Shown here: positions 50,108-60,039 of the stretch, in pieces
Numbering within the stretch: position 1 is the stretch's first letter
Layout: each line of letters opens with the position of its first letter
Translations under genes and position numbers: made by a program
The notes under the pieces: model-generated
The model's input: only the letters and a program-made list of their open reading frames with translations
Told to the model about the DNA's origin: nothing
Databases searched by the model: none
From: Centroscyllium fabricii
Taxonomy: Eukaryota
DNA: 64,000 nt
NCBI GenBank assembly: GCA_051313645.2
Contig: JBNRSN020000001.1
Span: forward strand, 588,256,001 to 588,320,000
Direction: 5' to 3'

Positions 50108-53100
50108 TTAAGTCCAGTGGGGTGAATGGACCGAGCAGTTCAATATGAGCTTGTCCGGCGGTCGTGTCAGCCTGGAGGACTGCCGGAGTTCCGGTGATGG
50201 TTCCTTGTGTTCCGTGCTGCTCGAGTCCGGTGGTGGTGACAGCGGCTCTGGTGCCGTGGTTTCAGATGTTGGTGGTCTCAAATGGTCCGAGCCATCGGAG
50301 TGGTGGTCTTGGGCTGGCCACGGCTGGGGCTCTGGAAACCTCGGAGGCCATCGTAGATGTAGAGGGTGTTCTAGATACTGTGGCTGGGCGGGCTGCTGCC
50401 CGACCAGGGGCTCCGCTGCGGTGCTTCCTGCGGGCGCCAGGTCCCTGATGGATATGGTGTCCTCGCGCCTGTCCGGGAACTGTACAAATGCGTATTGCGG
50501 GTTCGCATGCAGGAGCTGCACCTTGTCCACCAGGGGGTCGGTCTTGTGGCCATGGACGTGTCTCCTAAGGAAGACCGGCCCCGGTGTCGTGAGCCATGGA
50601 GGAAGAGCTGTCCCCGAAGTCGATTTCCTGGGGAAGGAAAAAATCAAGTCATGAGGGGTGGCGTTAGTGGCCGTACACAGGAGAGAGCGTATTGAATGCA
50701 GCGCGTCTGGGAGGACTGCCTGCCAATGGGCCACTGGAAGGCCTCTGGACTTCAGAGCCAGGGTGACCGCCTTCCAGATGATCCCATTCTCCCTTTCTAC
50801 CTGGCCGTTCCCCCGGGGGTTATAACTGGTCGTTCTGCTCGTGGCAACCCCTTTCTGGAGCAGAAACTGACGCAGTTCATCGCTCATGAACGATGACCCC
50901 CCCGGTCGTTATGGATGTAGCTGGGGAGACCGAAGATGGCGAACAGCGTGGTGAAGTGTTTTATCACCGTTGCGCTCGTCATATCTGCGCAGGGGAAGGC
51001 GAAGGGGAAGCGGGAGAACTCATCTACGACCGTGAGGAAGTATGAGTTGCGGTCGGTGGTGGGGAGGGGGCCTTTGAAGTCCACGCTGAGACGTTCAAAG
51101 GGGCGGGTGGCCTTGATGAGGTGCACCGTGTCTGGCCGGAAAAATTGGAGTTTGCACTCGGCGCAAACAGGGCACTCTCGGGTCATAGCCTTGATCTCCG
51201 TGATGGAGTAGGGGAGGCTACGGGATCTAACGAAGTGGGCGAGTCTGGTGACACCCGGGTGGCAAAGGCCGTCGTGGAGGTCCTTCAGTCGGTCTAGCTG
51301 GGCACTGGCGCACGTTCCCCTGGACAGTGCGTCCGGGGGTTCATTGAGTTTACCTGGTCGGTAAAGAATGTCGTACTCGTAAGTCGAGAGTTCGATCCGC
51401 CACCGCAGGATCTTATTCTTGATCTTACCCTTTTGTTTATTATTAAACATAAACGCCACCGACCGTTGGTCGGTGAGAAGGGTAAAACGCTTACCGGCCA
51501 GGTAATGACGCCAGTAGCGCACGGCCTCCACGATGGCCTGGGCCTCCTTTTCCACTGCAGAGTGGCGAGTTTCGGGTCCCTGTAGGGTGCGGGAGAAAAA
51601 CGCTACGGGCCTGCCTGCCTGATTCAGGGTGGCAGCAAGGGTAAAGTCCGAAGCGTCACTCTCCACTTGGAAGGGAATGGATTCATCAACAGCGAGCATG
51701 GTCGCCTTGATGATGTCTTCCTTTATCCGGGCGAATGCCGTTTGGGCTTCTACCGAAAGGGGGAAGACGGCAGCCTTGAGGAGTGGTCTAGCCTTGTCCG
51801 CGAACTGTGGGACCCATTGTGCGTAATAGGAGAAAAATCCTAGGCATCTCCTCAAGGCTTTGGGGTTGTGAGGTAGGGGCAGTTCTTGAAGGGGGCGCAT
51901 ACGCTGTGGGTCGGGGCCGAGGACCCCGTTCTCCACCACGTATCCGAGGCTGGCGAGCCGGTCTGTATTAAAGACACATTTGTCTTTGTTATACGTGAGG
52001 TCCAGCTTATCCACCGTGTCAAGGAATTTGGCCAGATTGGCATCGTGGTCCTGCTGGTCGTGGCCGCAGATGGTTACGTTGTCCAGGTAAGGGAAAGTGG
52101 CCCGCAACTCGTTCTGGTCAACCATGCGGTCCATCTCCCGTTGGAACACTGACACTCCGTTGGTCACGCCGAAGGGGACCCGGAGGAAGTGGTGGAGCCG
52201 ACCGTTCGCCTCGAAGGCGGTGTACGGGCGGTCGGCTTTCCGGATCGGGAGTTGGTGATACGCCGACTTAAGGTCGATCGTGGAGAACACCTTATATTGG
52301 CCGATCTGATTGACCATTTCCGAGATGCGGGGGAGGGGGTAGGCGTCGAGCCCGGTGTAGCTGTTGATAGTCTGGCTGTAATCGATAACCAGCCGCTGTT
52401 TCTCGCCAGACTTCACCACTACTACCTGGGCCCGCCAGGGGCTGGTGCTGGCTTCAATTATCCCCTCCTTCAGCATACGCCCGACCTCCGACCTGATAAA
52501 CGTGCGATCCCCCACACTGTACCGCCGACTCTTGGTAGCAATAGGTTTGCACTTGGGGTCGAGGTTGGCGAACAGTGAGGGGGGGTCAATTTTCAGGGTG
52601 GAGAGGCCGCAGGCCGGGCTCCGCTTTGGGAAGGGACTGTCCCGGCTACTGACGGTGAGGGGGGGCAAGGTCCCGCCGAACTCCATTGTCACGCTCTTGA
52701 GGTGGCACTGGAAATCCAGACCTAGTAAGGCTGGGGCACACAACTGCTTGAGGGTGTACAATTTAAAATTATGGTACACGCACCCCTTGACTGAGAGCGT
52801 GACGGAGCAGTAGCCGGTGACGTCCGCGGTGTGGGACTGTGAAGCAAGGGAGACTTGGTAGTTCGTGGGCAGGATCTGCAGTCCGCAGCGCTGCACTGTA
52901 TCGGGGTGCACAAAACTCTCCGTGCTTCCAGTGTCAAATAGGCAATCGATAATATGGTCGTTTATTTTAATTGGCATTATCGAATTCGACAGAGTGTGTG
53001 GCCTGTCCTGGTCCACTCTGGGTATGGCTGAGGCCGACGTGTACTTTTGTGTGTGGGGGCCCCCTGCTGGTTGGGGCTGTACACAAAATGGCGGCGCTCC

Positions 53101-54340
53101 TGGCTCGCACATGGTGGGGCCTTGGAGACAAAATGGCGGCGCCCCTGGCTCGCACATGGTGGGGCCCTGGAGACAAAATGGCGGCGCCGAGGGGTCGCAC
53201 ATGGCGGGCCGCTGGGGACGAGATGGCTGCGCCCGTGGTTCGCACGCGGCTGACCGCTGTGAGCGCACTGGCAGCGCCCGTGGTTCGCACGCAGCGGGCC
53301 GCGGTGACTGGGTTGGCGGTGCCCGTGGTTCGCACGCAGCGAGCCGCGGTGGTTGGGTTGGCGGTGCCCGTGATTCGCACGCAGCCGGCCGCGTTGGGTC
53401 TGCTGCTGGCGTTGGGGGGTCGCGCTTGGCCGGCCTTTGCCGCATCGGGGTGGGAGATGGGGGCGCTTTCCTTCTATCCCCGGACCGTCGCTGGATCGCG
53501 CTGCTATTGCAGCTTACCTGAGGTCTGTCGGAGCTTTCACAGGCTGCGCTGTTGTACCTGGAGTTGGGCGCTGCTGGTGCTGATCTGCAGGCCTTTGCAT
53601 AATGTCCCTTTTTGGAGCACCTCTCTCAGGTCGCGGTCCTTGCTGGGCATCTCGCTCGCGGGTGCAGTCCCTGGCCGCAGAAATAGCACCGTTTGTCCTT
53701 TGCGGCTGTCGCAGCCATCGTGGGGGGTTTCGACCCATTGTGGTGCTGCCCAGGCCTGGGCCCGTTGTGGCGCGGCCCACATGTTTTAGGCCTGCGGGTT
53801 TGTGCCGCTGTACGCCTGCAGTTTATTGCGTGCTCCTTCAACGGAGTTAACTATGGCGATCGCCTCTTCAAGAGTCAAAGAGTCTTTTTCGAGCAGCCAC
53901 TGGCGGGCTTCCACGCACCTCAGGCCAGTTACATACGCGTCTCGGACAAGGAGGTTCGCCTCCTCTTCTGCTGTCCAGGCTTGGCAGCCACAGACCCGTA
54001 CCAGGGCCTGGAGCGCTTGCTCAACCTATTCATTGGTCTCACCAGGTAGTTGTGGTCTGGTCGCGAGCACATGTCTGGCGTAGACCAAATGGACCGGGCG
54101 CTCGTAGCATTTCCTCAGCTTTTCCACTGCCCCTGGGTAGGTTTTGGCGTCTCGGATGAGGGAGAATACTCGGCTGGAGATCCTAGACCGGAGAACCTGT
54201 AACTTGTTCCCGTCGGTTGTAGCCTTGGCGGCGTCCATGTAGGCCTCCAGGAGACCGAACCAGTGTTCAAACATGGTGGGGGCGGCTGGGTCCTGTGGAC
54301 TGATATCCAGCTTTTCTGGCTTTACTGCACCGCTCTCCAT
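50108..54340 (-). pseudogene. gag-pol of copy B (gag with two Cys/His knuckles, PR-RT-RNaseH-IN; a few stops and frameshifts; no chromodomain or env seen)
   Basis: ORF 50884-53445 has LFDTGSTES, IDLKSAYHQL, VPFGVTNG, YLDN, ESDASD, TDQRS, H..LCHPG..C..C and VDFKGPLP. The integrase continues in 50108-50887. Confidence 0.92.
53080..53395 (-). repeat. 39-bp coding minisatellite in the gag-protease linker (13-aa AACEPRAPP../TMCEPGAPPFC units)
   Basis: About 8 units visible in both DNA and protein. Confidence 0.85.
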
Positions 54341-54940
54341 TTCAAAATTTCTAAGTTATTAAAATTGACGTATCGTCAATATCTCTTAATAAAAGACTGG
54401 ACGAGTAGTTACCGTAACTATAGGCTTTTAATAACTTACTTTGGAGCTACCCTCCGAACGTACATCAGAACAGAATGAGGGAGCCTCGGTCAGTCCTCAC
54501 CTATAAAGGCCTCACCTGGGGAAGAGTTTAGAGGTGTGGCTGACCTGGCTCCACGACAGTATTACAGGCTGTGTATCACACACAGCCAATTGTTGGCAAC
54601 AATAATTACAGTGGTAATATATACAATATGGGTTACCACACTTTGTACACTGTTTGCACATGTACACAGTCTTTCCATCTTTAATGCCTGGGATAAAATG
54701 GTTCCACACATCAGACGGTAAACATGGCATCGTTCTATGCAGAGAAATAAAGGACATTCATCTCTGTCGAACTGCGGTCGATCAGCACGATTGCAACAAG
54801 GCGAGTACATTTTTGCTGATGCTCCATGTGATGGAAGCATGACCTGTACACACACAACGCTGCATCACCAATAGTGTATTATTTTGTATATTTTAAATTG
54901 AAGGACAACAGAGTTCAACAAGTGTAATACCCACTGGAAA

Positions 54941-55893
54941 TGTTATGTTATAAATATATTTATGTTAGGTTATAAATATATTTGTGTTACGTTATAAATC
55001 TTTAACTTAGACACTGTATTATCACTGTTATAAATCCCTGGGTTAAAGTTGCCAATGTGAAGGTACAGCATGAACTTTTAAAAACACAACATTGCAACAG
55101 TGGAGGCTGTGCAGTCTCCAGCAGCAACCCTAGGACAGCTGACCTGTTTTCGGTGGGAAAAACAGGCCCCATGTAACCCTCGGGGTTACATTTTGGGGGC
55201 GGAGACACATCGGCCAGAGCTGGAGACACAGACTGGAAGAGGAGAGGACAGGAGCTCTGAAGAGGGGGCTCAGGAGGCAAAGGGCTGCCGCATCCTGTCC
55301 CGGGCTTCCAAACTCGGCCGCCGCCCTTCTTATTAGTAGCACTGCATCCTGAACTGGCCGGCTGCAAGTCATCAGTACCGGGGGATCGTCATCTGAACCC
55401 AGATCTGCAAGGCGGAGGACTGGGGAGAGCTACTTGCCTCGTGCTGATGGGGATCTACTGGGAAAAGCTGCAGAGAGAGAGAGAGTCACCAACTCCAGCT
55501 GCTGCTGTGCGCTCTGCATCCAGAACTCAAAGTGGGACCCAGTGATCGTGAACAGAATTCAACGAAGGGGTTCGGAGTCATAAGTCTTGCCGACATGAGC
55601 TCCAACTTAAGCGCACCAACGAAAGAGGCCTGATACAGGTTGTGTTAATTGAACAAATTCTAGAGTGCACTCAAATTTGGACACAGGGACAGATTCTCCT
55701 TTGAATCCATGTAAATGGGGAATGTATGTTTATTATGTCTAGATTTGTTCCAATGCATACAAATGTCTAATTTAGTTCATTGACCTGTAATCATCTTATA
55801 CTGTTTGATGTTAAAACTATAAAGTAAGATCATTAGAATTAAGCCATTGTAGTAGTGACCTCCTTACTGGACCATAGAATACTGCATATAACA
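54941..55893. mobile_element. Possible solo LTR of an unrelated family inside the hAT 5' region
   Basis: tgttat...ataaca termini; flanks gaaa/gaga. Confidence 0.4.
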
Positions 55894-55913
55894 GAGACCA
55901 CATCTCACATATA

Positions 55914-56582
55914 CAGGTTGTGCACCTTTAATCCGCCACGGGCGGGACCAGGCCCGTGCCGGGAAACTGAAAAAACCGGGAGAACGAAGTTGGACACTGC
56001 GCATGCGCACAATTCAAAATGGCCACGCGCATGCGCACAACATTGGGATTGGCTGGCGCGCGCATGTGCAGATCAACCAATAATGGCCGCCGCAAAGTTT
56101 TTTGAGGGGCTCAGGCTTGTGTGGCGTTCCGTTTGCTTTTTACTGCTGTCGGGCAGCAGTGAAAGGCCGGTCTTGCGGGGGGGAAGGAGGGTTGTGCGGG
56201 CGCGGGTCGGGCCCAGTAGGTCCGCCTTCCCTCTCCATCGCCTTTTGGGTTGCTGCTGCCGCCGAGCCGGACTCAGGCTGACAGCTGTTGCCTAGTGACT
56301 GTCCGCCTCAGTCACGGGGCTCAGCTGTCGAGAAAATAACCGGCGGCCGTATTGAATTATCTGCGCATGCGCTAGACGTCCGGCGACGCATGCGCAGATC
56401 ATTCAAAACACCCGGCAGCCGTTTTGAATGATCTGCGCATGCGCTCGGCGCATGCGCAGATCATTCGCCGAAGCCGCGATGGCGGCTGCCATCTTGCGCA
56501 TGCGCAGTGTAGTCGGAGCAATTTGTGCCGGCAGACTGAAGCTGCCGGCTTTTCGGGACACGGATTTTCGGTGCACAACCTG
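55914..56582 (+). mobile_element. CAGGTTGAGCACC-family MITE, copy 6, with GC-rich cargo
   Basis: TA-caggttgtgcacc ... ggtgcacaacctg-TA, with family subterminal blocks. Confidence 0.88.
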
Positions 56583-58189
56583 TATCTAAAGAACCGTGAA
56601 GGGATTACACAAGTAACTGGTTTATTTGGTATAAAGTCTGATTTACTTACTGCATCATCACAGCATCAGCAGAAAACAAAATGACTTCCCTCAGGACCCC
56701 TAACCTGGATCTTAAAAAAACTATAGCAGTCTTACAGATGCCTGCAGGCCAATCACAATTCGAAATGCAAATATTACAAACAGGGGGAGCTAATCGGTCA
56801 TCCACCCAATCAGGACACATTTGTTCACAGTCACACACAAAACTTGTAATTATTAAAACAAGCCAAGTAAGAAGATAAACATATATTGATTAAGAAATTC
56901 CTTAATAATTAAGATTCCATCTGTTAGTAATGTTAAGAGAGGACCTGTGGAATTTTTTTATTTTTTTTAAATAATATTATGCTAGCATGTGCTTTTTTGG
57001 GCAAAATTCCCAAGCTAAACTTCCCGTGGAAAATTTCCGGAAACTTTCCACCCCTTTGCAACCCTAATGACAGCTCTAACTAGTCTGGTCTGTTTGTTTG
57101 TGGTTTCAGAGAGCAGAATGCTATGTAAACAGAAACTAACACCAACTGGATGATTGACAGCTCTAAGTGCTTTGTTTCACAGACAGGCTCCTGACAGCTG
57201 CACAGCACGTCCTGTGTGAGCCATGGGGAAGCAGCTAGGTTTTTTTTTTAAAGGTTTTTGGCCACTAACCTTGGGCACCCTAGGGAGACAGTTAGACCTC
57301 CAGCATGTTGGAGGCCAACAAGCCATTCTGCGGCAGGTGATTCAATGCCTTGAAGGTAGAAGTCACCAAGCCGATTGTATGTCCGCCAGCTTTCAATGGC
57401 GGTGTTCCAACCAGGTGGGTTTTGCTTGCGAAGGGGCTCAAAATAGCAATGGGCCCTTAAAATGGCATTACCGATGCCAATTAAAGGCCCCTAATGAGCC
57501 TAACGATCATCCCCGCCAATGCCAGGCGGGACTGAGGCTGGCCGATCGGACCAACCAGGTGAAACTGACAAGCGGGTGGAAAGCCGGCGGATGGGGTTGC
57601 GGACCCCCGTTTTAGCGATCTTCCCTACAGGCCCGCCCAAAAACCCACCTGGCGGCTCCACGAAGATTGTCCCATTGTGTCTTATTGAACAAAATCTTCA
57701 TTCTTGCATTCAGTGCACCTTAACGAATTGCAAACTGATGAGTAAGCACAGCAGTTTCGGCCTGATATAAACAGACCACAAGACCCTATAAGCGACAAAT
57801 CTGAAATTGACATGAATGCAAATGGATAATGGTTATCATTTTGTGGCCTATATAAAGCAACTGCCCACTTTAAATGTGGACATTTTAAGTGGTGGCGACT
57901 GCATTTCAGAATCTTAAAATTAAAACAAGAAACACTAAGTATGAACACTGTTGCAGGATTTGTTTTTGTTGAAAGCATTTTCTTCTGTACTCAAGTGTCA
58001 AGAGAAAATAACACGTCAGGATAGGGATGCACTAAGTTAACTCATCCTCAAAACTGTCCCTTCCCTCCTTCTGGTGCTTTTGCTTCAGCTAAGATAGGAA
58101 TTGTAGATATTACTTCTTACCTCGCTAAACAACCCACAATGGCACTAGCAATTTATTTTTTTATATATTCGAGCTATATTTAATATTAT

Positions 58190-59219
58190 GGTCTGAATTT
58201 TGCAGTCGGTATGATTGGGTCCTTTGAAATGGACTGCAAGTTCAGGATTTTCGCATGTACTAAATCCCGAACTTGTGATCTGTCAAATTCTGACGGGACA
58301 GATGATCTGCAACGTCAGGGATATCCTTACTGCTGGTGCAGAGTTGAGCTAATTGCCCATCAACTGCTCAGCAATTACGCCTGAAAATTTTACGGCTGAT
58401 GCAAACTGGCGCAGGGCCTTACAGGGGATATACCTCCTGACAAATCCAAGTAATTTTAAAAGCTATACGAGGCCAGAAATGGAAGCATTTTAGGATTTTG
58501 TCCATTAGTCCATGAAAAGTATTTATTGTCCATGCAATGTTTGGATGAAGCAGTTGCTGCATTGAGGGTTTTATTTAATTTTTGCACCTATGTAGCGCAT
58601 AAGCTTAAATTAAATCGACGCAGAAAGTGGAGGAAAGGAAAAGAAACAAACCCTCATTACTGGTGCCTTCAGAGATTTAACGTGGATAAACATCTGTTAT
58701 AAATAATGAGACCCCTCTTCTGTTTGCTGATTGGAGCACCGGCCCACCTGATCCCAGATACGCTTCCGCACACGGTGCGCCCCGGGATCCGTGGGACACT
58801 ACGCGGCCCTCTACTCCACAGCGTCCGACAGCAACTTCTCGAAGGAGATAAGGGGTAATCCATTTAGGACTGAGATGAGGAGGAATTTCTTCACCCAGAG
58901 AGTGGTGAACCTGTGGAATTCTCTACCACAGAGGGCAGTGGAGTCCAGTTCATTAAATACATTCAAGAAGGAGCTGGATATAATTCTTAAGGCTAAAGGG
59001 ATCAAGGGATATGGGGAGAAGGCAGAGACAGGGTCCTGAATTTGGATGATCAGCCATGATCTCATTGAATGGCGGAACAGGCTCGAGGGGCCAAATGGCC
59101 TATTCCTGCTCCTATCTTCTATGTTTCGTTGAGGGTTTCCATCAGGTAAGTTTGCATTCCACTCAGGTGCCAACAGCATAATTTGTAGTTACGCCACCAA
59201 CCACCACAAAATTCAAGTC
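58190..59219. mobile_element. Harbinger-type MITE containing a CR1 3' fragment (about 58845-59127)
   Basis: Imperfect TIR ggtctgaatttt / aaaattcaagtc, TSD TAT. CR1 motif FRTEMRRNFFTQRVVNLWN inside. Confidence 0.55.
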
Positions 59220-60039
59220 TATATGTCTACATTAATGAACAGCGTGACTTAAATTCAATCTACCAGGAACTGTGATCTACTTATCCAGCTCAAACATCAT
59301 GCTGGTTTTAATTTAGTAGCCAAATATAAATATATATTAAAAATACATGTAACCTAGTAACGTGCATTGTAAAATGAAAATTACTTTTCAATCAAGAAAT
59401 AGGCTGAAAAGTAAGAGTTTAATTCAGTTAATAGCCAAGCACACAACAGCAACAGACTCCCCATCACCATCCAATGTATTGGTAAAAGGTGCCTCATTGA
59501 ACCTCTGTTCTCAATCATGAAAACAACCCTGGCAGCAGCAATCTTGGCCAATATCTCAACTTTATTTCGAAGGAGGGTTGTGTGAATTAAAAGGAGTGAC
59601 AAAGTAATGTTCTGTCTTACATATTTTCAGCGATTATCATTGCTAAAATATTTTGAGTCTGCAAATTTAACTTTATCCAGTTGTTTCAATCTTATAATTT
59701 CCCTTTTAATTTTTCCTCCCATTTCTGCAGTACAAACATACAAACAATGACTTACAGGTAAAGACCCTCTGGCTCATCCAGCCGGTATCTCACAATTGTG
59801 ATACCTTATGTATCACAATATATACATTCCTCATCCCACCCAAAACTACGTGATCTCCTGGGAGAGGCAAAATACCAGATAAATATCAGGCCAATTTGGG
59901 GGAAACATAATCTGGAAAATTATTCTCCTGGAAAGGTATGGTTACTTTGTATTCTCAGCATTGCATTCCTGAAAGCATTCCATTTAAGTTCCTTTTAGAT
60001 GTGTTCCGGTCGAGTACTTACCTCATCTATTCAAAATCT

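Larger units (their letters stand above)
49813..54640 (-). mobile_element. Near full-length Gypsy LTR retrotransposon (copy B); LTRs 54366-54640 (5') and 49813-50087 (3')
   Basis: 275-bp LTRs with only a handful of differences, perfect 5-bp TSD CTTTG, and PPT aagaaggggtgaa. Confidence 0.95.
43016..54730 (-). pseudogene. hAT transposase (BED finger, DUF659-like, hATC dimerisation) in three pieces: 54641-54730, 48421-49812 and 43016-43348
   Basis: MPCLPSDVWNHF...YMCKQCTK|PYVKNAAKMQQHL; DGWSNVRGEGIINY; VVTDNAANM; LPNNTRW; WW...PSSAASERNWSLFGNTHTKVRNRL. Contains frameshifts. Confidence 0.9.
42705..57066 (-). mobile_element. hAT DNA transposon expanded to 14.4 kb by nested insertions
   Basis: TIR TAGGGTTGCA and perfect 8-bp TSD ATGACAGC (42697-42704 and 57067-57074). 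Confidence 0.92.
42399..57673. mobile_element. Outer Harbinger-type MITE into which the hAT element inserted
   Basis: Imperfect TIR gggtcaattttc / gaagattgtccc with attg on both flanks. A shared gatgattgaca motif lies on both sides of the hAT. Confidence 0.45.

Noticed and set aside
59400-59725. Exon-like minus-strand segment ending in gtaag
   Set aside because: Contains stops and reads more like a decayed L1 ORF2 C-terminal region (KWEEKL...GTF..I.W).
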